A DNA stretch of 64,000 bases, from contig OX597816.1 in assembly GCA_951406725.2 (NCBI GenBank), positions 171,368,001-171,432,000 on the forward strand, in the 5' to 3' direction. The DNA comes from Octopus vulgaris. Taxonomy: Eukaryota. The first letter of the stretch is position 1; each line of letters starts with the position of its first letter. A program made the position numbers and the translations under genes. The notes beneath the pieces are model-generated. The model saw nothing but the letters and a program-made list of their open reading frames with translations. It was not told the origin of the DNA and ran no database searches. Below are positions 1 through 14,000 of this stretch, in pieces.

Positions 1-642
1 TTTGTTCCAGTTGTTCATAGTTACTCAATTGCCATATTGTTTGGCATAGTCAACAACTTATTGTTTATAACTAATTATTATGTGTATCTGTCTTCTCTTA
101 GTTGCAATTATGTTGTAAAATCAAAGATTGCCAGAGAAATAACTAAGCTGACAGATAACAGATAGTACTTAGCTTAATGGCACTTCTGCCGACCTACAAA
201 TGGCATGAGAGGTACAGTTGATTCACCACAAAACGAACAAAATAAATGATTTTCTGTTAGCAGAACCAGTAGACCCTTGTAAATTTCAAACTAGTTACCA
301 TCAATAAATCATCAAAAACTAATAAGTATGGTAATATACAGGGATATACCTATTACATGTCAGTTGTATTTGTAGGCTTTTATTACGAGATTACAATTCT
401 ACTAAGGACTGGACCCAGATATTGAAGTATTACCTGACCCTTCTGTGATAAAACCTAGGGTGATTTCTACTTTTTTTTCTGAAGGGTAGGGGTGGGGGTA
501 GGGTGGGAGTAGGGAGTAGGGGTGGGGTGGGGTGGGGTGGGGTAGGGTGGGGTGGGTGGGGTGGGTGGGTAAGGTAGGGGTGAGGATGGAATCTCTTTTT
601 TTCCTGTGTACAAAAATGTCTTATGAATCAGGAAATATGGTA
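1..642 (-). mobile_element. Degenerate pogo/Tigger-like DNA transposon end
   Basis: TIR-like TACCATATTTCCTGATTCATAAGAC ending in TA at 641-642. The minus-strand relic VVDYAKQYGN near 30-60 resembles a transposase N-terminal HTH. Confidence 0.4.
484..585 (+). repeat. G-rich (GGGGT/GGGTA)n tract, G-quadruplex potential
   Basis: More than 15 runs of three or more G with 1-4 nt loops. Confidence 0.85.
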
Positions 643-2364
643 TTCAGAAACTTGACTATTATTGAATAAGTACCTAGATTCATTTAATTAATATGTCATA
701 ATGTGAATTTAATACCATCACATTAGAACTTCATTATTGTCGATTAGCATGCCATAATAGTTTGACAAAAATATAATCAGCATTAACGAAAGATCTGCAC
801 CAATTATAAGTAACAGTGAAGTATATTCTGGACAGATTATGACATAATCACTGAAATATAAAAGACATCATAAGAAAACTAAAATCACAAGAATCAGTGG
901 AAAAATATGAAATAAAGAAATACAATAAAGAAATAAATAAAATCACCTAAATGAATTTAAATTACAACTACTACAAACATCTGAAACACTTATAGCAAGC
1001 AGCAGACTGTCTCAGAAACAGACACAGCTTGGCATGCATAAAATTTATGACAATCAGGATAGCATTATTATCTCACAACATAGCACATGAACAGGGGTGC
1101 TTCTAACATTTGGTTGAGGTTTTATTACAAGCAACTGAAAATTTATGTAAGAGCTCTCAAGATCACTTCAATCACATCAACACTCTCTCATTCTCCTTCA
1201 TCCAGTTTTTACTCTACAGCAGCAATTAGTCATAATGATATCTTTTATGGTGGATCAATCAGGATGCAGGCGGTCCAAAGCACCTAGTTTTTTAACTTCA
1301 AGTAAAAGGGAAACTTCACTAAGGTACCAACAAGCTAACAAAGAATTCTCCAACATACCTTTAATTCCAGCAACTAGAAGAAGATTGAAAACAAAACTCT
1401 TAGTGTTTTCAACAAGTGTTAGAATAGTGCAAGTGCACAGTATTATGTTACAGACCTGGAACTAAACCACCATTTTCACTGTTAAACTTGAAAGGAAAGA
1501 CAAATCAATAAAACTGATACTAAGTCACTCTGCAGATAAATACAATCAAACTGTAGACTTATATTAGCTCTATTTTATGGAGCCAGTATTCTAGAGAGAT
1601 ATTGCTAGGAGATGACAAAAATATCAGGTGCAATGAAAGTGAAAGATTGCTTTATATTTACAGAACTAGAACTAGATAAAGTTCTACTAATGCTTGAAAA
1701 AAAAATTGGCACTAAAGTAGTAACTGTATCATTTCAATTAGCAGCAGCTGGAATGGTTAGTAGAAAATTCCAAATGGTGACAATGATAGCTTGTAAGTAT
1801 ACTGGTTTGAAGAAATATAAACAGTAAGAGTAGTTTTATTGCTAGAGTTAGAATGCCTTAGATTTGGGAGGGGAAGAACAAGATGTCTTGAAATTTTGGC
1901 CTTTCCCCAAAACACCAACAAAATGGATTATAATGGCTTCAATAAAAAGTATAACATCAGTTCTGTTAGGGAACAACAACAATAATAAAGAAGCCACTGA
2001 AGGACTATTCATATTCAGTAACAACAACAACAACAACAGCAGCAGCAGCAGAATAGTTGTCATTTTGATTCACCTCTCATTCTTATACTTGTTATACAAA
2101 CGGGGGTGGGGGGTGAGTGTTAGTATTACCACCACCAACACTACCAGCAGTTTTCTGGACAAATGCAATATCCAAAACAATTCAATTGGAAACATATCCC
2201 AAACAGAAGAATCTCAAGATAACGAATTGAGATATAATTTGAATACTGGCTCCAGGGACCATTTCATATGGCAAACCACAAGATCACAACAAAACTCTAA
2301 AACAATATAGCTTGAAAAGAAATATACTTGAAAAAGCAACCTTAATTTTCTTTTTAATTATTAC

Positions 2365-2489
2365 CTGTAAGCTTTGCGGTTTCAATCTGTTTGTTTGTGA
2401 ATTTTTGATTTGTTGACACAACATTTCTACCCAATGGTTCAGTTCATTTCTTGTGGTACATAACACAGTCAGTTTATCGATGAGATTAC
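2365..2489 (-). CDS. ARHGEF7: PIX exon, PH C-terminal helix ([29 protein letters not shown]...LQ)
   Basis: gtttcag acceptor, gtaata donor, 125 nt, phase 1 to 0; conserved PH tryptophan. Confidence 0.9.
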
Positions 2490-5400
2490 CTGAAACAAAG
2501 ACAACAGAAATCACTGAAAGAAACAAAGCAAATGTACTGCCATTTTTTCAATATTTCATCTTCAAATTAAATGCAACGAGATGTCTTTAGACTAAATGAA
2601 AGCACTAGTCACTGTAAGGCACTGAACCTACCACTTCACACAATTTTTTTCTAATCCTAGACTAATAAGACTGACACCCTTTCAGTTTTTCTTGAATATT
2701 TAGAATTCCAAAGAGCCAGCTTAAATGAAGGTGTACTGAATACAGCCAGTCCCAAGGAGCAGAGGCCATTATAGTAGCATTAGAAAAGGTATCAAAAGGA
2801 GACAGTGCAACTGTGGGCTAGATGTTGGAGTGCAACTTTGAGCAACATGATGCTGATTATGTAAACAGAGTTCTTTTCCATCTATTCTTGTTGGAACCTT
2901 TGATACAGAGTATCGAAATTTTAATCTCTTTCACACTTATAAAATGTCAAGCAAACTCAAAAATTTGTCAGTTGAGTAAAGTGTCATCCAAGCTGATGTT
3001 TATTGGTAATTAACTTGATTTGTAACAACTGTGCATATTTATCAGCTTTGTTTTTGTTGGTAATTCTTATCAACAACTTTTCCCATGATAGTGATTTGAG
3101 AAGACATACAGAAGTATGCTAAAGATCAGACAAAATCTGTTGTGGGCAAGAAATTATTATAAACAACACAAACACTTTGTAATTTAATAGCTTTCATTGT
3201 GATACCTGTTAAACAGAAATTATTTTTATTTAATGAAAATTTAATAAAATCTATTCATAAGTAAGTGAAATTATGCTAAACACAACTAAATTGTAAACCG
3301 TTTTCTCCTGGCTATATCGGCAATTCTTAAAACTTTTAGGTGCAAATTTTACATGAGTAGAAGCTTTTTTTTAACAAATATTCTAAAAATCACCTGTGTA
3401 AATTACACAGGTGTGCAAATTACATGGGTTTTTACGGTAATCTGTAGGTTAAAAAAGAAGCAAAGAAAATGCATTACTTACCAGTGATTTCATAGCTATT
3501 AGGCATATTTTCGACTTCAGATTTATTTACAGACAACCCACTCAACTTCAGCTGCCCCTGTAATTAAGAAAAAAACAAATCAAAGCATTTGTAATCAATC
3601 ATTCAGCAAAATAACACCAAAATGACATTCATTATCCAGTATTCAATAAATCATCATTTATCTATTTTTATCTAACATGTTGAATACAATGATTAAAACA
3701 GAAAAATTCAAAGCAATAACCTTCAATAATTAAATAATGATTACTAATTTCTAATTTAAAACCATACAAAACACTGCTGACTTTAAAAATCATGGGATCA
3801 AAATTGATATGAAGTTGAATAAATAGCCATTCATTAATCTTCAATAACTTTAACATCTTTATCACATTTCTGTGAAAAATGCAACCAACACTTTTCATAT
3901 CATCAGTGAAAAAAAATTATTTTTGATCGAAGAGTTCCATTTGATATTTCAAAATTATCTTTCATGTGTATAAGAAAACAGGAGAAAATGTAATAATTTA
4001 CATCTTTTTGTCAAAAAATGAGGCTTTTGTTGTTATTCTTGTTTAGGCCTAAGCTAGTTTTATTTGAGTAGGCCTACAATTAAAGACCTTTTTCACTGAA
4101 GTTTTGTCTTTTTTTCCTCTTTTTTGCTTTAGCAATAAGTGTCTCCACAACTAAAACTGGGTGCTGAAAAAGTTCCTGACTTTGGGTAAAAGAAAATACA
4201 GGAGGATCAGGTATGATTTTATTCAACATATTCCCCGTCTCAGATTCACACACTTATTGCAGCAGTCCATCAGTTTTTCTAAGGCTTTTCGCGATACCCT
4301 TAAAGCCAGGAACTTTTCAACACCCTCTCATACAACGAGTCCCCTTTTTCAATATAATAGTGTATGATCCAAGGGAAAATTCTTGCTATTTCTAGCTTGT
4401 CAAGCAACCATATAAAGGTTCCTTTGTTTGGTCATTTTATTCAATTATAAATCAAAACATTTAGCTGATAAGAAAAAAACTGTTTTCATTTCACATCAGA
4501 TATTTCTACAAACCTCTTGACATTATTACTATAAGTAAACAGTTTCTCTTAATTATTTAGCATTTCATTAACCCTTTAGCATTCAGATTTCTTTGTCAAA
4601 TGTAATGCTTATTTATTCACATTCTTTTGAATTCATCTTGCATTATCTCATAGCTTAGAAATTCTAATGACATGAATGCTTATTTTTATAATAACATTGT
4701 TTGATAATTGTGAGAGCCTGGATCTGGCAGGTTTGAACAGAAAACAAGTACAATATTTGGGGCGGATATTGTCAGTTTGAATGCTAAAGGATTAAATTAG
4801 CTATCATCAGCATTTGTATGAAAATGAAGGTTTTAACCTTCCAGCTGAAATAATTTTACCAATCTACAGTGCTACAATATTTTGTATTTTTAATCCTTTA
4901 TGAGGAAGAGTAGCACCTGTGGCTCTTTTCGAGGACTCTGTGACTTGTTGAAAGGAGGAAGTTATCCTTGAACAAGAGAAGGGTTAAATGCTTGCTAGAA
5001 AATGGACTAAAAACATCTAAGGACCAAGTGGCAATGTTAAACCAAACAAACAGCTTTAGTCCACCACCCAAGAATAGGGAAGGTCTTTCCATCAGGTTTC
5101 CACAGAGTTTCTGTTAAACAAACTGTGCTCACTCAACTTTGGTCAACTTGAGTTTGATAAGGACATTTAGATGTAAAAATCCAATTAATCAAAGGTGAAA
5201 CATTGCAGGTGGAAACACAGCTAAATGCATAAGTAGAGCTAGCACAGGACATATTGGTACAGTGGATGCTAGTAATGCATCATGGGTAGGGATGATATCT
5301 AGCAAACACATCCATCAGATGCCAGTAGAAAGAAAAAATTTTAAAAGTAGTAGTGGTAATAATGGTGGTGGCAGTGATGATACCAAGTTGCTTAGAAAAA

Positions 5401-8400
5401 CAGTATTTTAAAGCAATTCAATTAAAACATGTTGGCAATACGTTTTACAAACCTCATAATGGTAGCCACTCAACCTTGGGCCTAAAGACAACATTACAAG
5501 TACATTCTGGAATAAAACAAATACGCGATCCAATTTTTCACCAGTGAGTGTAATTAGTTTAACTTGTGACAAATAGACAACTTCACCAAGTTGCGTAATT
5601 TCCTGCAAAGAGAGAAAGTAAACAAATCTATATAAATATGCCGAAACAAAGTACAAACAGAATGATGGAGTTATTCTGAAATAAAATGGAATAAACTAAA
5701 ATAACTACAACTACTACTACTACGGTAGTTCCCCATTTATTGTTCTATGCACAAAGGGATGGACATCATTGAAATGAAGCCAACATGGCTGTATTACACT
5801 TTAGTTTGAATAATCATTATTATCCTAACATTTCAAATACTTATATTTCGTGTCTTTATTGAATTTGCTTTTACACTTCCTTTTCAATATTTGTTTATAT
5901 TTTTATTGATTGATTTTTATTCATCACAATCTCTCTCTATATAAACGGCAGTTTGTCTGTGCGTGTTTCTGTGTGTCTGTTTGCTTGTACCCTCACCCAG
6001 ACCACGGCTTTCAACCGATTCTGATGAAACTTGACACACACATAGCCCAATGTCATAATTCAAAACTAACGCAGCGAAAATTTTGAAAAGTTGCCCCAGT
6101 TCTGAAAAAAATCGATAAATTCGACATGGGGTCGAGAATGAGAAACACAAACCGCAAATTGTCTAGGGGACGCAACTCCACCTTTTTTTACTCTCAAAAA
6201 AATTTACCATCATTTTTTTCCATTTTTTTGATATTTTTTGGCTATAACTCTCTAAAAATGCTTTATAGTTATTTCCCTTACAAACCTGAGCAACGCCGGG
6301 CGATACTGCTAGTAAGCTATAATTGTCAATGAGTTTATCCAGGAAAGTAGAGTTTATGAATTAAGAAAGAAACTTATGCTAAATGGTATAATTATGTTCA
6401 GGACAAACTATCAAAAGCAAATTACAAACTGAATGAATATTGTTAAATGAAAGTATATTCATGATTCTTAAAATAATCACGAAGCTCCCACAATTTACAA
6501 GAATGACAGAGTTATTCATTTCAGCAAGCCTATACTGAATTTGATTATGATTTAACAGATAAGCTTCCATCTCTCTCTCTCTCTTTTACTCTTTTACTTG
6601 TTTCAGTCATTTGACTGCGGCCATGCTGGGGCACCGCCTTTAGTCGAGCAAATCGACCCCGGGACTTATTCTTTTGTAAGCCCAGTACTTATTCTATCGG
6701 TCTCTTTTGCCGAACCGCTAAGTGACGGGGACGTAAACACACCACCATATACAGACAAACACAGACACACACATATATATATACATATATATACATATAT
6801 ACGACAGGCTTCTTTCAGTTTCCGTCTACCAAATCCACTCACAAGGCATTGGTCGGCCCGGGGCTATAGCAGAAGACACTTGCCCAAGATGCCACGCAGT
6901 GGGACTGAACCCGGAACCATGTGGTTGGTTAGCAAGCTACTTACCACACAGCCATTTTTCTTTCTTTCTTTAACCATCTAATTGGAGAGAGCATTCTGAC
7001 ATTAATGGGAAGAAGAGACGTTAACCACAGACTTGTAACTTGGTCTGTATGTTCACAACAAAGTGGATTCTGCTAAAGGTATCCATATACTAATAAAACA
7101 CAAACTAAGATTGAATAATTTAAGTGGCAACATCACTGTATAAACTGTAAATAATTCAATATCATTAGTCTTATATTCATTTCTAGGTATAGTACTCTAT
7201 GATAGACTCAAAATAAGTAAATAGTGAACACAGGAGAGATTTCTCACGATTTCTCTAGGAAGGAAAGAAACACAAAATTTGAGAAAGGTTTGATTGTTAT
7301 CATCATCATCGTTTAACGTCTGTTTTCCATGCTAGCATGGGTTGGACGGTTCGACCAGGATCTGGGAAGCCAGAAGGCTGCACCAGGCCCCAGTCTGATC
7401 TGGCAGTGTTTCTACAGCTGGATGCCCTTCCTAACGCCAACCACTAGGTGAGTGTAGTAGGTGTTTTTTACATGCCACCGGCACGGGGGCCAGGCGAGGC
7501 TGGCAACGGCCATGATTGGATTGCCAGCTTCGCCTGGCACCTGTGCCGGTGGCACGTAAAGTGGAGTGTTGCATATACGTCTTTTCAGCCTGAATGAAAA
7601 GGTGATTTTAGTATGGAATTAAATGGAAAGTTACTGCCATTTTACAGCACTTACCATATTTAAGTAAACAAAAAATTATTTTTAAAAATCCCCTTCACTT
7701 CACAAAGCTTGTGAGCAATTGTAGCTGCTGGAGCAACATGAAGTTAAGTGTTTTGCTCAAGAACACAAGTCACCCAGTTCAGAAATTGAAACTACAGTTT
7801 TATCACCACTAACGCCCTAACCACCAAGCCACACACCTCCATTATCATTATAATGACTCACAGAAAACTTTCAACACCAGAGATAAGAAATGAAAGTAGA
7901 ATGTACCAGGACATAATAATGCATAGCATTTTGTAAATCCACTTTATCAATTCTACTGCTATCAGTGCACCACACCAAAATTATTTCCTTTGTGTTGTGT
8001 ACCAAAAACATATCAGCTTAACCTATAGCATCTTATTCCAAGTTTATGTACATCACAGAATCTCAAGAAAGAAGCATAAGTAAAGTGAAATAATTCCACT
8101 AAGTATTGAAATCAGGTTACAATCATGGCTTGCTCAGAACTTGCCAGAACCATCTTGCACTCAAACTAATTATTTTACTTTGTAAATAAATGTATCTTAA
8201 GATAATAGAAATGAAGACTAAGAAATGCCTTTCTTCCATTGAATTATTATATTATATCAGCTAAAGATATGACAATCTTAATTAAGATCAAAATTAACTT
8301 ATTTGATGCTTATTCCTATATATTTTAACTAAAACCATATTTGACATATTCAAAACCTAGTATAACACAGTTTTGTCCAAAGGTTGAAACTATAGCAATG

Positions 8401-8556
8401 GTTGAATAAAAATTTGTAGGCGTAGGAGTGGCTGTGTGGTAAGTAGCTTACTTACCAACCACATGGCACCTTGGGCAAGTGTCTTCTACTATAGCCTCAG
8501 ACCGACCAAAGCCTTGTGAGTGGATTTGGTGGATGGAAACTAAAAGAAGCCTGCCG

Positions 8557-8615
<59 letters not shown>

Positions 8616-9244
8616 TTGTGTGTGTGTCTGTCAGTGTGTGTCCCCCCCCCCCCCACATCGCTTGACAACCGATGCTGGTGTGTTTACGTCCCCCGTAACT
8701 TATCGGTTCGGCAACAGACACCAATAGAATAAGTACTAGGCTTACAAAGAATAAGTCCTGGGGTCAATTTGCTCGACTAAAGGCGGTGCTCCAGTATGGC
8801 CACAGTCAAATGACTGAAACAAGTAAAAGAGTAAAAGAGAAATTTATGAAAGCATTGACATAAAATAAAATTCATGAAATCAACATACTTCTCCTTCCCA
8901 ACCCTTAATGCTGCTGTGGATAATTTCATACTCCATCTCTTTCCGCTTTCTAACTTCAGTACAGGAATTCTATAATAGAAATAGAAATGAAATAGTGTTA
9001 TTTTTAAAATACAAGTGGAAAACAATGGTACAGTATCATGGAAAAAAAGTTTAGGAAAAAATTTTAATCATTAGGCACAGGAGTGGCTGTGTGGTAAGTA
9101 GCTTGCTAACCAACCACATGGTTCCGGGTTCAGTCCCACTGCGTGGCATCTTGGGCAAGTGTCTTCTACTATAGCCCCGGGCCGACCAACGCCTTGTGAG
9201 TGGATTTGGTAGACAGAAACTGAAAGAAGCCCGTCGTATATATG

Positions 9245-9275
<31 letters not shown>

Positions 9276-11020
9276 GTGTGTTTGTCCCCCCTAGCACTGC
9301 TTGACAACCGATGCTGCTGTGTTTACGTCCCCGTAACTTAGCGGTTCGGCAAAAGAGACCAATAGAATAAGTACTGGGCTTACAAAGAATAAGTCCCGGG
9401 TTCGATTTGCTCGACTAAAGGCGGTGCTCCAGCATGGCCGCAGTCAAATGACTGAAGCAAGTAAAAGAGTATCATGGATGTTGCTGGAAACTACTAAAGC
9501 ATAAGACGTAGAATGCTACCATTAAACAGCTTGGACTTTCAAGATATCCTTATAATTGAAAGCATATTTGAATAATAAGATTTTGGTGAATGAAGTTTGC
9601 CACCGTGTTTTAATTCCTTGCTGAAACAGTTTTCAAAATTTTGAGAGAATACATACAAATGATCTCATGTTCTTACAATAGGTCAATAGAAGAACTAAGA
9701 AGATAGGAAGAGTTATCACACACTTGAAAAGATATACACTTTGCAGAACGTGGCTGAGCTATATACAAGAACTAAACTATAGGTTCTACGAAGCATTTGC
9801 TGCAAACCCTGGTGTGACTGCCTGCAACATGGAGGAGAAGAGGTTCAATAAATACAAGAGCCTGACTGGCTGCTGGCAGTTTATGCCAGTCGCTGTTGAG
9901 ATGTCAGATGTTCAAGGACTCCATACTACTCATTTCTTCGGCAAAATAGGGGTAACAGTGGCCCATCAGAGAAATGAGCCCTGCAAAGGAGTAGTGACTG
10001 CTGCAGTGGGCGTCACTGGCTATTCTCTGCAACAATGCCATTGCAGTCATCACTATGGACCACAGCTGAGCACCCTACTTGTTCTGGAATATGTGACCCA
10101 TCACCTCCTCCTCTCCATCTTCTGCCACTTTACCCCCTACCACATTTCTTCTTCACCCACCCCCCCTTTTCTTTCTTTTCTTTTTTAATCTCTCTTCTTT
10201 CCTGTTTCTTTGCATAACAGCACGGACTTTTGTCAGTGAACAGGTCGCGGTCTTAAAGCGACGAAAATATTTTGACAAATTAAACTTAAATGTTGAAGTG
10301 AAACGAACGGCTTTTGCGTGTTTCTTAAATGGCTTACAAACACCTTCCACGCTGCGATTGATTAAATAAACAATTTACACTATATACTTGTCATTGCAAA
10401 TTGTATTCATAGAAAAAGAAATTTAAATCAGATATGAGGAAAAAATTGATGATAGTGGTAGTGATGATCAACAAGTATTACTTTGAAAGGTTTTGGCCAG
10501 TATCGGCCCAGGCCATGTTTAGCTTAACAGCACCACCTATTTTTAAACAAATATGCATGTGGCACTTACTTCACATCATTTCCAATGTTAATACCTTTCT
10601 AATGGTAGGCATACATAATCCTAGATATGTCAACCGTTCATCCATCTTTTATTTTCAACCCAAACTGTTGTAGGGTAAAATTCCCAAAATAAATTTACGT
10701 AGATTATCACAGAATTATTTATACTAGCAGAAAGACTGCCCTCTGAGCAGTTTTCTGCAAGTCACTTGATAATATTTTCACATTTGATTCCTGTTACTAA
10801 TAATCTCGATGATATTTTACACCTAATTATTTCTTTGCATAATAGTGCTCACTTGCTTAGTAAATATTGCTTTCATTATTTTATCATAGTCATAATCTCT
10901 CTTTTTTTAACAAACATCAAGGTAGTCCAACTACAGAGAGTGGAAGCAATTTGTCAAGTCTCACCTTCCCCTCAAAGCAATATAGAGATTTCAGTTCAGT
11001 AGCCCATCTATTAGCTTTGC

Positions 11021-11076
<56 letters not shown>

Positions 11077-14000
11077 CGTGAGACAAAGAGGGGGAGAGAG
11101 AACATTGCAAACAATGATTGAAATAAACATGAAATGAAAAAATTGTATAAATAAGAGGGCATAACTACAGATGTATATGCAGCCAACTTTGTTGCCTAAT
11201 ATCCAGGAAAATAGATAGTTTTTCAGGAAAATTTTTTACAAATACTGTTTAGATGTTATGGCTTCAGAGTATATAGGGATTTAAGGAAAAATATTTTCCT
11301 GAGGGGGTGGAGAGAGGAGTTTCGGAAAATCCACATTATCTTTTTTCTCTCATAACATTCAGGAAAATGGGTATCTTTTAATGAAAGTTTATACAAATAC
11401 CTTTCAAACAGCATAGATTACAACTATAAAGAACTTTGTGCATTAAATGTTTTTCCAGGGGGCTGGGGAGAGGAGTTTCAGATCAGGAAGACCAAATAAG
11501 TTAGAACTACTGTTTTGACAGGAATTTTCCCCATTTTTTTTAAAACCAGTCTTCAAAATGATGAAGTGGGGTAGAGAGCATCTTTGTATGAGAAAAAGTT
11601 TTGAAAATTTTTTACAACCCCCACTCCCTCATCATCCTACTCTGGACCTATTTCGGCGAATTTTTATTGCACTTCAAAACCATGGGCGAAGACTTTTCAG
11701 TACAAAGAAAAGAAAATTGCTTATATTTTCAGAGGGAAAAGTGAATGATTTAAGGGAGATTTGGCTATGTTTCTTTCTCACTCTCACATGTATTGATGTT
11801 TTTCAATATTTTTCTCTCCATAAATACATCTATATGCTAGAGAGAAGAAAATTTGAAAAATTATGAATTTTTTGCAACCCCACTCCCTGCCCCCCGACTG
11901 TTTCTGTTTATAAATTAAAATATTGGAGAGCCTGAGGTCATTGCTGGCATTTATCCACAGTGATATAAAGAAAGAGTTACATAAATGATAATTCATTTTA
12001 ATAGCATACTTGTTAGAAAATGTCATTTCTTACACACATACAGTTTCGCTTGATTGAGGTGGATGTAAAAATTTAGATTGCATATTTTTTTTTTTTTTTT
12101 GCTTACATTCCACCAAAGGACCATGCGTGTTTTACTTAGGCATCATCTTTCTACAAAATGTGTTTAATGTGAGAAAAATATTGAAAATACACCAAACATC
12201 AATAGGCGCAGGAGTGGCTGTGTGGTAAGTAGCTTGCTAACCAACCACATGGTTCCGGGTTCAGTCCCACTGCGTGGCATCTTGGGCAAGTGTCTTCTGC
12301 TATAGCCCCGGGCCGACCGAAGCCTTGTGAGTGGATTTGGTAGAAGGAAACTGAAAGAAGCCTGTCGTATATATGTGTATATATATATATGTGTGTGTGT
12401 ATGTGTTTGTGCATCTGTGTTTGTCCCCCTAGCATTGCTTGACAACCGATGCTGGTGTGTTTACGTCCCCATCACTTAGCGGTTCGGCAAAAGAGACCGA
12501 TAGAATAAGTACTGGGCTTACAAAGAATAAGACTCGGGGCCGATTTGCTCGACTAAAGGCGGTGCTCCAGCATGGCCGCAGTCAAATGACTGAAACAAGT
12601 AAAAGACATGTCTTGGACAAGTAACTCTAAGTCAAAGAACATCTTGTGAGTGAATTTGGAAGACAGAAACCGAACGGAAACTGTCAGATATAAGTAAATA
12701 TGTATGTGTATAAGCTTGTGTGTGTGTCACCTTGTCTTAACATCACAATCATTGTAAATTAGTGTCAGTTTATGACAAAGTTGAGCTTTGTGTTTCCAAT
12801 TTTCTGTGAAAACATATGCAGCCGGGAAGATATATTAACTAGCTTTGGTAAAGCAAGTCAATATATCTTGGTAACAGGAAGGGCATTTGGCTGTAAAAAA
12901 ATCTGTCAACAAATACCATGTGATCTATGTCAGCAGGAAAAGTTGATGGTAAAAAAAACAATATGGTGATAAAATCAAAAGCAAACAATCTTAAATACAA
13001 ACATTATACTTTTCTGTATTTTCTCCTTTTTACTTGTTATATATAACAGGGAAGAAGTGCAAAGAAATGATAAACCCATGGTAGGGGGACTTCGAAAGGG
13101 GTATCAGGGAGTAGCATCCCTGCCTTCCTGAGCTAGTTTTCCACCACATTTCTTAAAAATCATGGTAGAGGCTTTGGTCTTGGGACCACCCATGTCTAGA
13201 AACTGAGGTTGGAGGTAAGCAAGGGCATGATCCCCATAGAAAATCCAGTTCCAGAAAAGTCTTGTGATAGCAAAGGAGAAAGGGCACCAGCCAACCCAAA
13301 GGTAGATCTGGCCACCCACGTTAATGGGGACAAAACCCGGGTTTAAAACACTGGATGATGATGATGATGATGGCAAGCCATGTTTACAACAGAGCTTCAT
13401 CTCTAATGGTTGCTTATGGCTGTCTCTCTCACCTTTAAGGTTTCAGAAGTGAAAGTGATAGCTTAGTAGTTGGGAAGGTCAAAGAGGCCACAGTGAGCCA
13501 AAACGCCTCAAGGTAGGCTGACATTTATTTATGAACACTACAGCAAAACAGAATCTTCAGTAATGTTTCAATGACTCAATGGAAAACTAGTCAAAACAAG
13601 GAATCTAAAAATCATTATACACAGGACACACAAATTTGAGAATATACCAGGTTCAAATCTAGCGCCTTGCCAACATAAACTTATTTCCTCGTATCTCAAG
13701 GATTATCTACCTCAGGAAAACATGAAGTGAACATGCTCTACTGAGAACTAATGAGCTGGGAAAGGAAATGAAGAGGAAAGACTACATTGGTATGGTTGTG
13801 AGTCTTGCAAGTAGCGGTGACCACACTACTGTTGGTGGCGCAAAAACACTATCTAGTACACTCTGTAAAGTGGTTGCCATTAGGAAATGTTTTGCATTCA
13901 GCTGTGGAATCCTTGCAAAAGCAGATATTCTTGTCAAACCATCCCACCTTTTTCTGGCAAGGAAAAAGAGATGTTAAGTAATGATGACAGTTGGGATAAA

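Noticed and set aside
143-193. Possible further PIX exon (VGRSAIKLSTICYLSA*) after a tttgtag acceptor
   Set aside because: No canonical donor, no PIX similarity, and it lies within a probable DNA transposon relic.
1848-2310. 148-aa ORF with poly-N/poly-S
   Set aside because: Low-complexity (AAC)n/(AGC)n, antisense to the host gene, with no recognisable domain.
9072-9140. tRNA-like A/B boxes
   Set aside because: SINE head with no complete cloverleaf; not a tRNA gene.
11180-11900. Degenerate ~160-bp and ~265-bp internal repeats
   Set aside because: Probably the interior of an old DNA transposon; ends and family could not be defined.
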